Shown here: piece after piece, positions 39,110 to 52,411 of the stretch
How the letters are laid out: the number at the start of each line of letters is the position of its first letter
Position numbering within the stretch: the stretch's first letter is position 1
NCBI RefSeq assembly: GCF_964194025.1
Contig: NC_134474.1
Coordinates: forward strand, 60,140,001 to 60,204,000
Direction of reading: 5' to 3'
Length of the DNA: 64,000 bases
Source: Convolutriloba macropyga
Lineage: Eukaryota
Notes under the pieces: generated by a model
Databases searched by the model: none
Told to the model about the DNA's origin: nothing
The model's input: only the letters and a program-made list of their open reading frames with translations
Position numbers and translations under genes: made by a program

Positions 39110-42100
39110 GACTGGTTGTTTGAGTAGTTTGCGATCTGAAGCAAAACTGTTTTGTTTTTATATGACAAGTTGTGTTTGGTTGATTTTGTGACTATGTTTG
39201 ATAGTGCGGTGTTTGGTTTTCTGCCAAAGTGTGCTTCGAACGGTGTTATTTTTGTTATTCTATTTGGAATGAGTCTGATGTTTTGAATTATATTTGATAC
39301 AATTGTTGTTATATCTTCTGATGACCATAGCGGATCTATAGCCATTACACCTAGTTTTCGATTTATAGTTTGAATTAGGCGTTCGACCATGCCAGTTGCT
39401 CTGTGATCTCCAGCTGGAGCTAAGATTAGTTTTATGTTGTTGTCCTTACAGTGTACGTTGAAGTCTCTAGATTTAAATGGTTGTTCTTGATCGCACCTTA
39501 GTAAGCGGGGTATGCCGTGGAATTTACAGTATTCTTCTAAATAATCTATTGCGGTTGATGTGTCGCAATTTTTGTATACTTGTGCGGTCGGAAATCTAGA
39601 GTATCTGTCATTTGTTACAAGAATGTAATAGTTATCTACATGGTTTCTAAAGGGGATGGGGCCTGCAAAACCCATTTGGAGTTCTTCATTTGGTTCTTCC
39701 AGCGTGTGAAGTTTTCCTAAGTTTTGTTTCGACATTAAAGGTTTTAAGTTTTTACCTTGGTTAGTGCACTCTTCACAGGCTTGGGCTTTATATGTTAGGC
39801 TACGGAGAATACAGGGGAACCAAATTAAGTTCCCTAGACTGAGCATGCCTGCTTGTCCCGGGTGTGTCTGGTGGATTTCATCTATTACGAATTGTTTTAG
39901 GTTCCTTGGTATAACCAGTTTATTATAAAGCATACAGCCGGAGTTTGTGACGGCGAGGTCCTTTCGTAGCAAATAAAAATACTTGTTCGATTTTCTGAGT
40001 GCTTCCCAGTCCTTGTCTTTTATCATTCTAATGATTGGTGTGAGCGTGCGATCTTGTTTCGTTGCCTCCGCCAGGAATTCTTCTCCGAAGACTCGGGACA
40101 AATGTTTTCGATAGTCTGGCATTCTTTCACTGTTACTGCTGAGGGGAAATATTTGTGGATGGAGTTCGGCTTGGATTGGATCGCGCCCTCTTCCGATGTT
40201 ATCACTGTCCTCCGTTTGGGTACTTATTGTTACCAGGGGCGGTCTTGTTGTTTGGTTTTCCATGTTTTGCGGGATTGTCCTCTTCTTGTTCGGCGCTCTG
40301 TGTCTTCTAACGACTGGTCTATTGAATGTATCTACTTGTGGTCTATTTCTAGTTATAACGTTTATAAATTGATTTGTAGATTGATAATTTGTAGAGATTT
40401 GTGTAAAAATTTTAGGGGTTTGTGTAATGAATTATTTGAATTAGGCTGTAGTTTAATTGAATTAATTTTGTCCGTATGGAGAATTTGTGTGTTTAAGTTG
40501 CGTGTTAAATTTAGCGACTGTTTTCTAGGGCGAGAATGGCAAAAAGCGTGTGTTGTTGTTTGCTTGTGTTGAGAACGATTCGTGACGTCATTGTTGTTAA
40601 GTCTATTATTAGTGTTGTTACGTAATGTGTTCTTAATTAGTGTGAATTTGAAGTCGTTTATTTGGTTTATTACAAAATGTGTGTCTTCTTCGGTCGGTTG
40701 GATTGCAATTCCATTTGGATTGCGGCTAAAATAATCTCCAAATCCCATCTGTTTGCCTGGGATGTGTTCTATGTTGAAGTTAAATGGCAATAGTCTGTCA
40801 ACCCAGCGTGTTAACCTACTTTGGTAGGTTTTGTTTCCTCTGTTTTCTTTTAATGCTGTTAATAATGCTTGGTGATCCGTTTGGAGTGTGAACTCCGAAC
40901 CTTGAAGATAATGTTTAAAATGTTCCAATGACCAGACTACTGCTAGTAATTCTAATTCATTCGTACTATATCTTTGCTCGACTGTATTTAAAAATCGGCT
41001 TGCGAATGCGATTGTGTGCCAAATGTTTTCCGTTTTTTGTTCTAGTGTTGCGACTAAACCTAATTTGCTCTCATCGCATTTAACTCGTGTTTCTTTATCG
41101 ACATCGAAGTGTTTGTTTTCTACTATTTTTGCTATCTGTGATTTGATGTTTTCGAAAGTTTTTGTATGTTTGTCTTCCCATTTTAATTTGTTCGAAGCCA
41201 CTACGTTTTCCTTTTTTAGTAGTGGGCGTAGTGGTTCTGAAATTTCAGCTAGGTTTGGAATGAATTTAATTAGATGGTGAAAGCTACCCATGAACGATCT
41301 GAGTTTGAGCGTTTTCGGTGTGTCTAATTTTTGTAGTGCTTCTGTTTTTCTGATCAGCGGTGTTACTCCTTGTGGAGTTATTTTGAATCCGAGCCATTCA
41401 ATTTTTTGGCGAATTCACATTTTTGTAGGCTGATTGCTAAACCTTCTTTGTTTAACCTATCTAGGATTATATCTAATGTTTCTTCGTGTTCTTTTACTTT
41501 TCCTTAGTTGCAATGAAAATGTCATCTAGAAAGGCGCAGTAATTTTTGCATCCTTCTAAGGTTTTGTCAATGGTTTTTTGAAATGTTGCCGGCATATCGG
41601 TTAGGCCGTAGAATCCGTTGATGAATCTGTAAGTTCCGGTTGCTTTCCCTCCAAGTATATTGAAGTTGCAATGTTCGGCAATGCTATTGTCTAGTGGTAT
41701 TTGGCTGTAAGCGTATTTAAGATCAATCTTATTGAACCACCATGGACCTTCCTTGTTTTTGTTTGATGCTATTTGCATTGCGAGAGAGTGAGATGATCAA
41801 TGCTTTGCATTTGATATTTGTTTTTGTGTATTGCTTTATTTAGTTGTTTTGAGTCTAGTGCTATTTTTATCGACTTGTCCTTTTTTACTGTTAATACCAC
41901 TGGGCTTATGAATAGGTCGTCTGGACATTTCTCCAGACGGATGATTTGTTTATCTTCTATTAGTTTTTGTAATTCGTGTTCTACTTTTTCCACCAGATGT
42001 AATGGTACTCTTCGTCCTTTGTGTTGTGTTGGCGTTTTTTCTTTTTTCATGATGGAATTCGCAATGTGATTTTTGCTTCTACCTAATCTTGTACAAAGAT

Positions 42101-42527
42101 GTGGGTATTTTTCAAAAATCCATTGTAATATATTCTGTTCGATTATATTTTCGTTGATATTGAAAACTTTCTTACCTTCTGTTTGCTGTTGCGTTAGAGT
42201 TAGTCCAAGTTTTGATAGCACATCTCTGCCCATGAGGTTTTGTGATCTGTGTTTTACCACCAATATGTTGCAGTCCTTGGCTGTCCAAGATCCTGAGTGT
42301 AGTTCCATTTGGATTTGTCCTATAATGGGGATGTCTTGGTTGTTGAAACATTTGAATTTCATCTGTCCTTTGTATGATTCTAGGCTCATGTTTTTGTTGT
42401 TTTGGATTAATTCATTTGCTGTGTTGAGGTCAATGAAACTCCGTGGGGATCCTGCATCTGCTAGCCAATTCAGTTCGTTATTCTTGTTTAGAGTTGTTTG
42501 GATTATGATTTCTCCATTTGGAGTCAT
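39058..42527 (-). pseudogene. pol: pol (protease, RT, RNase H, integrase), frameshifted
   Basis: WLADAGSPRSFI (PR); KIDLKYAYSQ, YGLTDMPATFQ, FLDD (RT); CDES, ELELLAVVW, TDHQAL (RH); HQTH..CEEC, LRCD, GMVER (IN, first catalytic D apparently mutated to G). Confidence 0.95.
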
Positions 42528-43725
42528 GTTGTTTAGTTCGAAATTTTTTGTTTCTTTGAATTCTCTTTATCAGATTGATCTTTTTCCAGTCTTCCATGAG
42601 TTCTGTTATATACATTGTTTGTTCTGGGTCGATTGATTCTTCCTCTTCTAGTGGTGGTGCTATTGTTTCTTCCTCTTCGTTGATAATCTTGACGTTCCTT
42701 GTTTGTTGGTTTTGTCGTTGTTGGTATTGTCCTCTGTTCTTTGGAAGTGGAGGTAGTTGTGATCGACACATTTTTGCGAAGTGTCCTGGTTTTTTACATA
42801 TGTTGCATTGTGATATTTTTGCTGCGCAGCTGTTGTTGTGATTGGGTGTGGATGAGCCTCCACATCTCCAGCATTGTGGGTATTGCTTTATGTTTTGTGG
42901 TGTGGGTAGTAATGCTGGTTTTGTTTTGCGTGCTGATAAGTGTGCTACTGTTGTGTTCCAATTGGAGTTGTTTCCTCTCAATATTTCTTTTTGATTTTGT
43001 TGTCCACGTTCTCTTGCTAGTGCGTAGTTGAGTGCTTGTGCGGGTGTTCTCATCTCCGAAAGGAGTTCCATTTGTATGGCTGTGTTGTTCATTTTGCCGA
43101 TGAAGAAGTCTTTCACTAGGTCTTGTTCTACTGCTCCAAATGCTGCTTTTGCTCCTAATGTCTGCTGTAAAATGTTTTTACGGATTCGTGTGGCTCTTGT
43201 CGTGCGTTTATTATTTGGAGTCTGTCGTATGTTGTGTTTCTGGGTTTCGTGAATGTGACTGCTAGTTCGTGTGCAAATTCGTATGTGCTACATGTGTCTA
43301 TTTTCGTGTGAGTTGTTTTGATGATATTGTCGTGTTCCTTCTTGTCCGGTTGATAGGTATAGTAAACTTTTGATTTTGGTGTCAGCTTCGCCCCAAGGAT
43401 ATCTGTCCACATATGGTCCTCTAAATTCTATGGTTTTACACTCATTTTCCCAGTCAATTTTTCTTCTTTAGTTCTTAATTTCTCTTTTTCTCGATTCTTC
43501 TTCTGATTCGTTTGGTCTTGGGTCCTCCAGACTTGGCATTGCCGGGTAAAATAAGTCAGCTGGGGTTGGTTTAGTCCTCAGCAATTTTTCCGCCTTTAGG
43601 TTCTTCTTTGCCATTACGGCTAATTTGAATGTCGAGAACCATTGTGCCCACTCTTGATTTGGGTTCGCTCCTGTTTCCCAAAATAGCGGGACTCCTATTG
43701 GAGATTTTAATACTGACTGCGCCAT
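42478..43725 (-). pseudogene. gag: gag (frameshifted)
   Basis: MAQSVLKSP...EWAQWFSTFKL; ARQEPHESVKTFYSR; two knuckles CWRC..H...C and CNICKKPGHFAKMC; split over three ORFs. Confidence 0.9.
43711..43724 (-). promoter_or_regulatory. primer-binding site, probably tRNA-Ser type
   Basis: TGGCGCAGTCAGTA immediately after the 5' LTR; resembles the tRNA-Ser PBS (TGGCGCAGTC...) used by several Gypsy elements. Confidence 0.75.
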
Positions 43726-44081
43726 GTGGTGAATGAGAAAACGCAATAACGATGAATTCGTTAATTCCAATTGGAGCGATGAATACTATTTCAAAGACAC
43801 GAAAAGGCAGAATTGCACTTTTGCATTGTTGCGCATTTGCGCTATATATAGTGCTAGACAGACACCTGTCAGATCAAGGCTAGCACTTTCATAACCTACT
43901 GCGATGCGTATTCAGTAACATACATATAAACCAAAAGTAATATAGCTTCACTGCATTCAAGTACTACACTTTAACAGGAGTATATATATATATAGTTTAT
44001 CAGTGTTTATAAATACTACTTTTAGGAAACTTGGTTGTCAGTTTATTATCTCCATTTGGAGATAGGTACCCTGGTACCACA
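43725..44081 (-). repeat. 5' LTR (357 bp)
   Basis: Direct repeat of 37295-37658; by eye about 11 substitutions and one indel in the (TA)n tract. Followed directly by the PBS. Confidence 0.96.
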
Positions 44082-44983
44082 GCTACAATAGGCATGAATC
44101 GAAAAAAATATCCGATAAAGCTGCAACCAATTATAAATATCAGATAAAGCTGCAATCAATCTGGAAAATTGAAACAAATAGAATATGAAATCTCATAGCC
44201 AAGTTGTAGCTCATGAAGTGAAGATTTTAAACTTAAAATTGGCTTCTTGGGATAGTACAACACTTCATTTAATAGGGTGTTTTAGACCAGGCGGCGGGCC
44301 GGTAATGTGCATTTTCACATGATGAACCAACCCCGCTAATCCACATTTCGACTTTTATGTCCACGAAATGAGGAAGAGAGAGGAAACGTTCAAAAATTCA
44401 CATGGCGTATGGAGAGCAATTGGCGTATGAGCAAAACAAATCAATAAAAATAATGCCGCATTAGTGAACCCATAAGACCTGCCATTGATGAGACTACAAG
44501 ACGAGACAGACAACATAACCTGTACTTCACTACAAAGCAGATGGACTCTATCCTTTATAAGATTAGGTTATATTCGATAAAGAAAAATGACAATATTAAA
44601 AAAAAACGAATTTCTAGAAATCAAAAAACATCAAAAGTAAAAAACATCAATTTTTATTAAAGGGGCTGTGTGAAAAGACGACAAAAAGAACCACAAAATC
44701 GCTGTCACTTCGCGAATACCAAAGAGTCAGTTCGTAGCGTACTACGTTATTTGGCATGCAAATATCTTATACATCGAAAAAATATTCATTTTGAAAAATA
44801 TCGATTCAAATTAGCAGAAAAGGCCGGCAAATTAAACTTCCAGAAAACTTACTTTCAGAGCGAAGAAAAACTAGCCTCAAACAGTCTAAATAAAGACTGT
44901 TCAACCACCTTTTTATCTCTGTACTCAGGCCAATTTGAAATTAGTGTGCAAAAAACGCATATTTGCTGCCATTTTTCATTAAA

Positions 44984-45383
44984 AAACATAAATCGACTAA
45001 TGTCGGACGAATTGCTCTCGAACGACAGGCGAGGCAAATTATTTCAGGGGCTGTAGCCTAGATGAATTGTTCTGCAAAAATAGTTTACTACGCCGTGATT
45101 CGAACCATGGACCTCCCGATCCATCACCAAAGCACTGCCAACTCGGCTATCAGGCCCTCCTTCTTTCTCTACTGCAGTCGATTTTATATTAGCAACAAAC
45201 TTTACTTCATAGTGAGAACGATAGCGATCAGTCAAAATGAAGAAGCAAAGCGTGAAAAAAGTCACTTACAGTCAAAAAATGTTCTAGCAGAAAAGCGCTG
45301 AAATAGCCAAGCAAAAAATTTGCATTAATAAAAGACCAACACCTTTACAATTATTGAAACGAACTTCGTTCGAGAGCAATTAA
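44984..45383 (-). mobile_element. HINE-like family B element with tRNA-like segment
   Basis: cgac-taat-gtcg hairpin; subTIR aattgctctcgaacga...tcgttcgagagcaatt; internal A-box and B-box on the minus strand. Confidence 0.75.
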
Positions 45384-47395
45384 AAATTTAGCCCAAAATG
45401 AAATCAAACTGTTCAGCAATTCATGTACATTTGAATGTAAAACCAATACCACTACCGTTGCAAAACCAATAAAACAGTGTTAACAGAAACAACGGAAATC
45501 AGCGGAATGTTCACAAAATTAAGCCTCAATAACTTCTCTGAAAAAACGAGAATCTTCCAAAAACATTTTAAATCAATTTAAAATTTTACCCTTGAAGGTC
45601 TTTCTAATAATACACCTCGCAATTCAATATAAACAAAAATATAATCCGGAAGCTTACAAAAAAGAGAAAATAGTGAAAATCAGGCGACGTAATTGCTTTC
45701 TTCATAATTTTCTACGAGACGTAAATATTCAACGCCAATATTCTACGTTTGAAGTACTTTCTAATGATACCACTCACAACACTATGGGATATATCGATCG
45801 GCTTAACAAAAAACATCGATCGGCCAAACAAAATTGACTGAACAAAAAACACAGTTGCGCACATAGTTCCTCCCTTACAATACATAGTGCTGGAAATAAT
45901 AAATATGAGGAGTTAACCGTAGGTGGTTAGAAATGTAAACAGCCAAGAAAACAATTTAATTCAGAACCTGAAATACTAAAAAAAAATCAAGTTTGAGAAG
46001 ATTTAAAAACTCAGATAGAACTTCATAATTAGGCGGCGAATTGTAAATACAGAAAAATGGGAAATTTTAAGGCATGAAAACGGCATTGTGTTGTAAAAAA
46101 AATATGAGATCCAATTAACCTACATTTGATAAATTTTCGGGTAGGGGTGAAGTGGAAGGGGCCAAATTCATGGTGTAAACCACCCTTCACACCATGAATG
46201 TATGTCTCCAAAACAGATTCGGTGAATCGAATACTTAGCGTCTAGTAAGCCGAAAGGCTCTAAGAGAACTTGCCGCCCTCGGGGCGTAAACTGTTAATCA
46301 CGTTTTAAAGGACGAAAAACAAAAGTTTCAGACGAAAAATGGGTCGAGCGAAAAATCGCTTTAGAAAACGACCACAGGAGTAATATACATAATTGCTGCT
46401 AACTTCGTTTGAGAGCAATTAAAAATTCTCTTATTCCACAAAAAATCTGAGGAACTTTTGTTCAATTACTTACAACTTGGCTTTTCAAGTCAAATGTATT
46501 TCACACGTTGTTAACTTAACATCGTGTCAATTACATATGAAGTAAAAACCTATCGACGAGCAGCTATCGTGGAAAACAGTGTCAAATTCGAGGAAATTTA
46601 CTCAAAACTGTACGTTTTGCAGTGCAAGGCAAGATTAGTAAAAAGATACGGTAAAAAACAGCTAACGATTAAAGAAACAAACATCCTTTTTGAAATCCTG
46701 AAGACTGCTGTTGTGCTACTGTGTTACATGAAAAGTTAAAAATCAAAAACTGAAATAAATTAATTTCAAAATTTTTAACAATTGAGTAGGCTGTGTTCGT
46801 TTGGAACGCTTCCTTAAAGCAATAAAGATATCAATAAATTTCACTTTTGGATAACTTTAAACTGTAAAAACAAATGGTATATAAGTAAAAAAAGAAATCA
46901 ATTCCTACCAAAAGAGCTTTTATTACTGACCATGCTGGAAATTTTAAAGCCATGAAGAGTAACGCAATTCAAAATAATCTTCCAATATACCAAACAGTAA
47001 CTAATTTTTTTCTCTTCAGGTCAATGTAATTTTCAGCCACTTTCAAAAGATTGACAGAAGCAATAAATTAATTTTTTTATTCTAATAATTTGAAACTTGA
47101 TTGACTAAAATTAGTGACACATATACTGCACACATCTGTTCTACACAGCAGTTTCACAAAATATTGCACAACACTAATCTGGCATTTGACTATAAGCAGC
47201 AGTACAATATCATAAAAAATTAAACTAAAATATTTTTGTCGATAGAAAAGAAGTAGTTTGCACCATCGCAATGACAAATAAATTTGATCGCATGAAAGTG
47301 TGAACGGTGATATATAAAATGGGCGCATTCCTTTAAGAAGGATTTGTTGAGCTTGTTTTCGGCGTTTAGCTCTTGGATTCCGTCCATGACCAGCT

Positions 47396-47432
47396 TCAGC
47401 GATTGCTTTGGTCTCGATCTCGGTTGATTCTC
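47396..47432 (-). CDS. probable SRSF3-like terminal coding exon
   Basis: ctttttttcag-type acceptor; in phase 2 it reads (R)RINRDRDQSNR-stop, in a GC-richer island. Confidence 0.6.
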
Positions 47433-50145
47433 CTGAAAAAAGCTATCGTTGCAAAAGATATCTGATTATTTATTTCCAAAGTTCAATAAAAGAATGGCGA
47501 GTTTAAATTTAGAAATCTAAATCAAGCGACAGTTTGGAATCCCAAAAAAGCTATTCGAATTTTCATAGAAATCTGATACAACTAAACAGCAGTCTTTAAA
47601 AAATTGCTCCACTTTACTCAATTATATAGAAAATAATGTCATGTTAAATTATCAAATATATTGAAAATATGAGATTTAGAAATAGACACTTTATATCGCA
47701 TTGAAACCCAACAAGCTGACAAAAAGCAGCTAACAGAAATCAACAGACGACTGATTTCAGAACGGTCCACTGAAACGTGCGCACCTGCTTATTGACCAAA
47801 AAAAGGCAAGGTTTTTTTTCTAAATTTTTACATAAAAAGGAAAGATTTTGGGGGAAAAAATCAAAGGCTTCTAACGAGAGTGACAGATGTTGGTACCAAA
47901 TTAAAGAAACAGTGCATAAAATTTTCCAAATTTGACACAATTTTTAAAACAAACTTGGTATCAACATCTGTGACAACAAAGATATTTTTGAAACATAGCC
48001 GGAAGATTGTCGGAAAAGACCAACTGACCTACGTGGGTAAAAAAAACAGTTAAGAGGCGACAGTCTAAAAAAAATTGGCGGCATTTTTATTTATCAAGTG
48101 CCAAGTGTTCTAATTTGGCCCACCGTCTCATTAAGCTTAATAAATATGGTGAATATAGCCTCTAAGTTAGAGGACAACAAGCTTAATACAATTAGCAGTA
48201 GGAAGTATACACAAAGAAACTTCGAAAACTTAACAAACATTTAGTCTTAATGCCCGGGTTTTACTGCTTTGAGCGTCTTCAGGTAATATTGCTGAACGAA
48301 TTCTAAAACTCCGTTTATTTGAAGCAATGAATGAGGTAAGTCAGAAATCAAACATACAAGTCGTAACTTAAGTAAAACAGAAAACGTCATCGAAAGACAA
48401 ACAAAACAAACTAGAAATCTTAAGTCCTAAATGTCTGTCCAAAGAATCAAACAAGTAAAAACATGGGTATACGAATCCGTAGAACAACTTACGCTTTTTG
48501 AAAACTGCTTTTTGTTCTTTAAGTAACAAGTCGAATAATAATTAAACACATAACAAGAAAATAAATAGTTTGCACAACAAGAATTTAGAAGGTTATTACA
48601 AGCTTTGTACAAAACAAATCACAGACAAAGTAAAAGGGCAACAGCTAGCAAATTCGAAAAAATCAAAGTTGCACCAAATATTTCATTAAAAAATGGCAGC
48701 GGCAAAAAATCATGAAAATAGCTAACAAAAACATCCAATCTAAGGACAAAAAACAACTGCATACTAGAAAGAACATAACATTTCAGAGGTAAAATCGTGG
48801 TTAAAACACAAAGCTAACTAATGAAGGCAACAATAAAAACTGAGAGCAATCTGATTTTTTAAACACAAATTTTTAAAGTCAAACAATAACTACTAACTGG
48901 AACCAGTAACTCGATTCAATCTTGTCTCATGTAAAACAAACACTTAGATGTCAATAAAGACACTAAGACAAGAAACCAAACAGATTAACAAGCACGGTCA
49001 AAACTCAGAAAATCTCAATTTAAAAAAATCAAAAGCTCTCACGGGGAGCACCACTATTAGCTACGAAATTAAACCATAAACTGGTGCATTTTTCACGTTG
49101 TTCGGAAAGTCTGACACTTGTCATTAGTTTGACGAAGCATAAAAACAACAAGTCAAATCAAATAAAATCGTATCGAAGTCATTAAAGCTATTATATATGA
49201 AAAACTCCCACTAGAAGAAACTAAGCGAGAACCAAGGAGACCTTTTATTGCCGAGACTTAATCAGTGGACAACAAAAAAAATGACAAAACCGACAAAACT
49301 TAAAAAACTATTTAAAAAAAAGAAGTACGTACACGTAGTTTAACTAATTATATATGAAGTAAAAAAATATTCATTTAAAATTACTACGCTTGACTAGAGA
49401 ACCAACCACATGTTTCAGATATGTTTTGAAATAAGTAGTGTCAATGTAGTGATAAATTTAGATGTAAATTGAAAAAAATTTACAGATTCGATTGTGTCCC
49501 ATTATAAAGCCAGCGAGACCTGCCTTTACCGAGACTAACTGACCGGACAAAAAGAACGGGAAATTTAGGTAAGACCAAAAAACCCCCCAAAACTTTTTCG
49601 AAAACAAAATAAAAGAAGTGACAAAATAGCCAAAAACCATAAGTAAAAACCTGTTATCGATGAGACTAAGTGATAGCACAACAAAAACGGGCAATAACTA
49701 CAAAATCACTTAGCATTTTTTAAGAAAAGCTAGAGCCAAATTCGCAAGTTTTGATATATATTGAACCTGTGAAAAACCTCAAATTTGGATCATTAGAGAG
49801 CCAGGAGAGCCAACGACTAATGAGAGTAAGTAACATCACAACAAAACGAACTACAAAATAACCGTTTTTTCGACAGCAAGTTGTGGCAAAGTAGCAAAAC
49901 TCTTGAATAGCTTATATTACGACCCGTTGAACCCACTAGTTAAGAAAATCAACGAGATAAAAGCAAAAATAGAAGTGTGAAAATAGTAATTTCAAAAAAC
50001 CAAAGTTAAACAAGCTCTCATTTCTTGCTTCAAAAATCTCTCCCGCCAGGGTTGCATTTCCAGTATTCTGTAAGAAAACGACGTCTACTGCTAAAAAGGA
50101 GGGAACAGTTTCTTATCTCATAAAATGCAGCAAGACAAGAAAACC

Positions 50146-50592
50146 AAACATAAACCGACTAATGTCGGAAGAATTGCTCTCGAACGACAGGCGAGGCAAT
50201 ATAATTCAAGGACTGTAGCCTATATAAATTTTGCTTTATGGGTGCAAATAGTTAACCATGCAGAGATTCGAACCATGGGCCTCTCCCGAACGCTCACCAG
50301 AAGTTTAGGGAAGTTGAAAGTTTTTGACGGCAAAGAGGCTACGGTCAAACTATAAACACCGCCTTCACATCATGAATTTATGTCTCTAAAGCATTTTCTG
50401 TGAATTCGCATACTGAGTCTAGTAAGCCAGAAGTTTCTAAGAGAACTTAATGCCCTTCGGGCCTTACACGTTTATGCCGTTTTTGAGGATAAAAAGCCAA
50501 AAAGGATCAGATGAAAAATTGGTCAAGCAAAAAATCGCCTAAAGGAGACCACACGACTATAATTGCTACAAAATTTGTTCAAAAGCAATCAA
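50146..50592 (-). mobile_element. HINE-like family B element (chimeric, with partial tRNA-like segment)
   Basis: Perfect ccgac-taat-gtcgg hairpin plus aattgctctcgaacgac; B-type core and a degenerate closing end. Confidence 0.7.
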
Positions 50593-51185
50593 TCATACTT
50601 TGAAAACTGTAAGCTACAGCGTAGTTCCAATTGTGCATATTAATGAACAAACTTCTTGAAAAAAGAACAATCCTTACCCGCTTTCAAGCAAGCTTTAATG
50701 AAAAAATCATGAGAAGCCCAGGAATTACTTATCATTCCCTCCCTTCCTTTATTTTGCGGTCAAGCAGAAACTTTACATAAACGCCACAAGACTACACTAT
50801 CCTCTTTTGAGAGCAAAAAAAATATCTGGAAAATTGAAAAGTAAAATTCATCCAGATCGAGGACTTAAGAATTTGGGAGCCTACCAACCAAATATCTTTC
50901 AGAAAAAAAAATCGCAAAACTTATAAGAAAAAATCAATTCTGCATTGAGAGGTATATTATAATTTTGTAAATTTTCTAAAGTATAGCAAAAACAATTGAC
51001 CAGATTGTTAAACCACGAGAAAACTACAATTACTAGCGCATTTCTGGATTACTTGAAACGCTCTAAATTTTCGGAATAAGTGCACTTTTTTAGAGATTTA
51101 TCATCGTCCCTCATGAATGTATTAGATATTTCAAAGCATCCGTTTTCTTATGAATATTGAAAATTGAAAAGAGCAACAAACTTAC

Positions 51186-51590
51186 TTGAAAACGAGATGA
51201 GATTAAAGAACAGGTAGGAGAGGTTTAATCTACTTTACATTTCGTGTAAAACGCAGACTTCTGAGAGATTGGTGGATTAATTTTTTTTCCATTTTTCTTG
51301 CAAATGAAGCAGAATCAAGAACTTTGAGAATTAGAAAGATTCTCACAATGCAGAAACATGAGATATCAACAGCTTTTCATTCAGTTGCATATCAGAAAGA
51401 GGAACAAGTTGCCACAATTTGAGGATGTCAACATTGGCGTTAGAACTTGGAGGCAAAGAGCAATAGATTGACGAAAGTGTATATCAGAACGGATGGACTA
51501 GCATTGATAAATTTATTGAGTAAAGAGTAAACGCGAGATAATAATGGAGGAAGAGTGTGTGAGAAAGGTAAATGTTGACCATAGTTTGAC
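51186..51590 (-). other. candidate poison (PTC-containing) cassette exon of the SR gene
   Basis: Acceptor atgcttttcag|G at 51591 and donor CAA|gtaagt at 51185; in-phase stop at 51440-51442, about 250 nt upstream of the donor. Confidence 0.6.
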
Positions 51591-51891
51591 CTGAAAAGCA
51601 TGCACACAAAACATGGTAAATATCGCAACTGTAATAAAAACTTCCTAGAAAGTAAGTCTAATTAATATTAGGTTCTAATTTCAATTCTACTGCCAAAAAT
51701 ATGCAAAACGCCAACTTAACAATTAATTGGCCAAAGTTCGTTTATCATCCAAACAACCCTTAAATATTTGTTACCGTTATCTATTTAAAAAGTGAGGTAC
51801 TTTTCTGCGTTCACAATTTTTAATACATATTCAATGCCATGTTTAGCTTTTAAACCTCTTTCGATTTCTGATGTACTAATGTATCTTGTAC

Positions 51892-52119
51892 CTGGTATAA
51901 TTCGTATTATTTCCACCTCTGTTGTAATCAGGCGATCTTCTGTTTGACCTGATTGGACTCCTATCACGGTGCTTGCGATCACTATTTCGATCATCATCGT
52001 AATCGCTCCTTCTACGCCCGCTGCTATTTCCGCCCATGTATCCACGACTGTTGTTACCTGTCTTAGAGTGACCGTAGCCTTTGGCCATTTCCACTGATAC
52101 ACGGAGACCAAACAAAGTA
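51892..52119 (-). CDS. SRSF3-like exon 2 (end of RRM plus R/S/D-rich region)
   Basis: ttgtttcag|TLFGLRVSVEMAKG...RRRSDYDDDRNSDRKHRDRSPIRSNRRSP...|gtacaa. No CCHC knuckle, so closer to SRSF3/Rbp1 than to SRSF7. Confidence 0.9.
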
Positions 52120-52208
52120 CTGAAACAATAAAAATGAAAATTTAAAGCAATTAATAGTAGCTGTACTCCTCTGTGGCGACCCAAATGATTAGCCCAAAAT
52201 TAGCTCAC

Positions 52209-52411
52209 CTTCCATCTAGCTCTTCGCATGCGTCTCTCGCATCCATCTCGTCAAAGAAGTCAATGAAAGCAAACCCAGGCGGATTCTTTGCCATCCAAAC
52301 TGACTTCACTTGACCAAATTTCTCAAAGATCTGCTTCAATTGTTTCTCTGTCCCTGTGTCTTTAAGACCACCCACAAACACCTTCGCTCTCAAGCTAGCA
52401 TCCGGTGCCAT
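52209..52411 (-). CDS. SR splicing factor of the SRSF3/SRSF7 (Rbp1) type, exon 1 (RRM)
   Basis: KVFVGGL (RNP2), VWMAKNPPGFAFIDF (RNP1), DARDACEELDG. Phase-2 intron (AG|gtgagc) right after ELDG, as in SRSF3. Confidence 0.93.

Larger units (their letters stand above)
37295..44081 (-). mobile_element. Ty3/Gypsy (Mag-like) LTR retrotransposon, full length, defective
   Basis: Paired LTRs TGTGGT...ACCACA, 5-bp TSD GCTAC (37290-37294 and 44082-44086), gag-PR-RT-RH-IN order, tandem Zn knuckles, many frameshifts and stops. Confidence 0.97.

Noticed and set aside
37840-43252. Plus-strand ORFs within the LTR element
   Set aside because: Antisense shadows of gag/pol codon structure.
45085-45157. Functional tRNA gene
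   Set aside because: Acceptor and T stems do not pair properly, and the segment sits inside a multicopy element.
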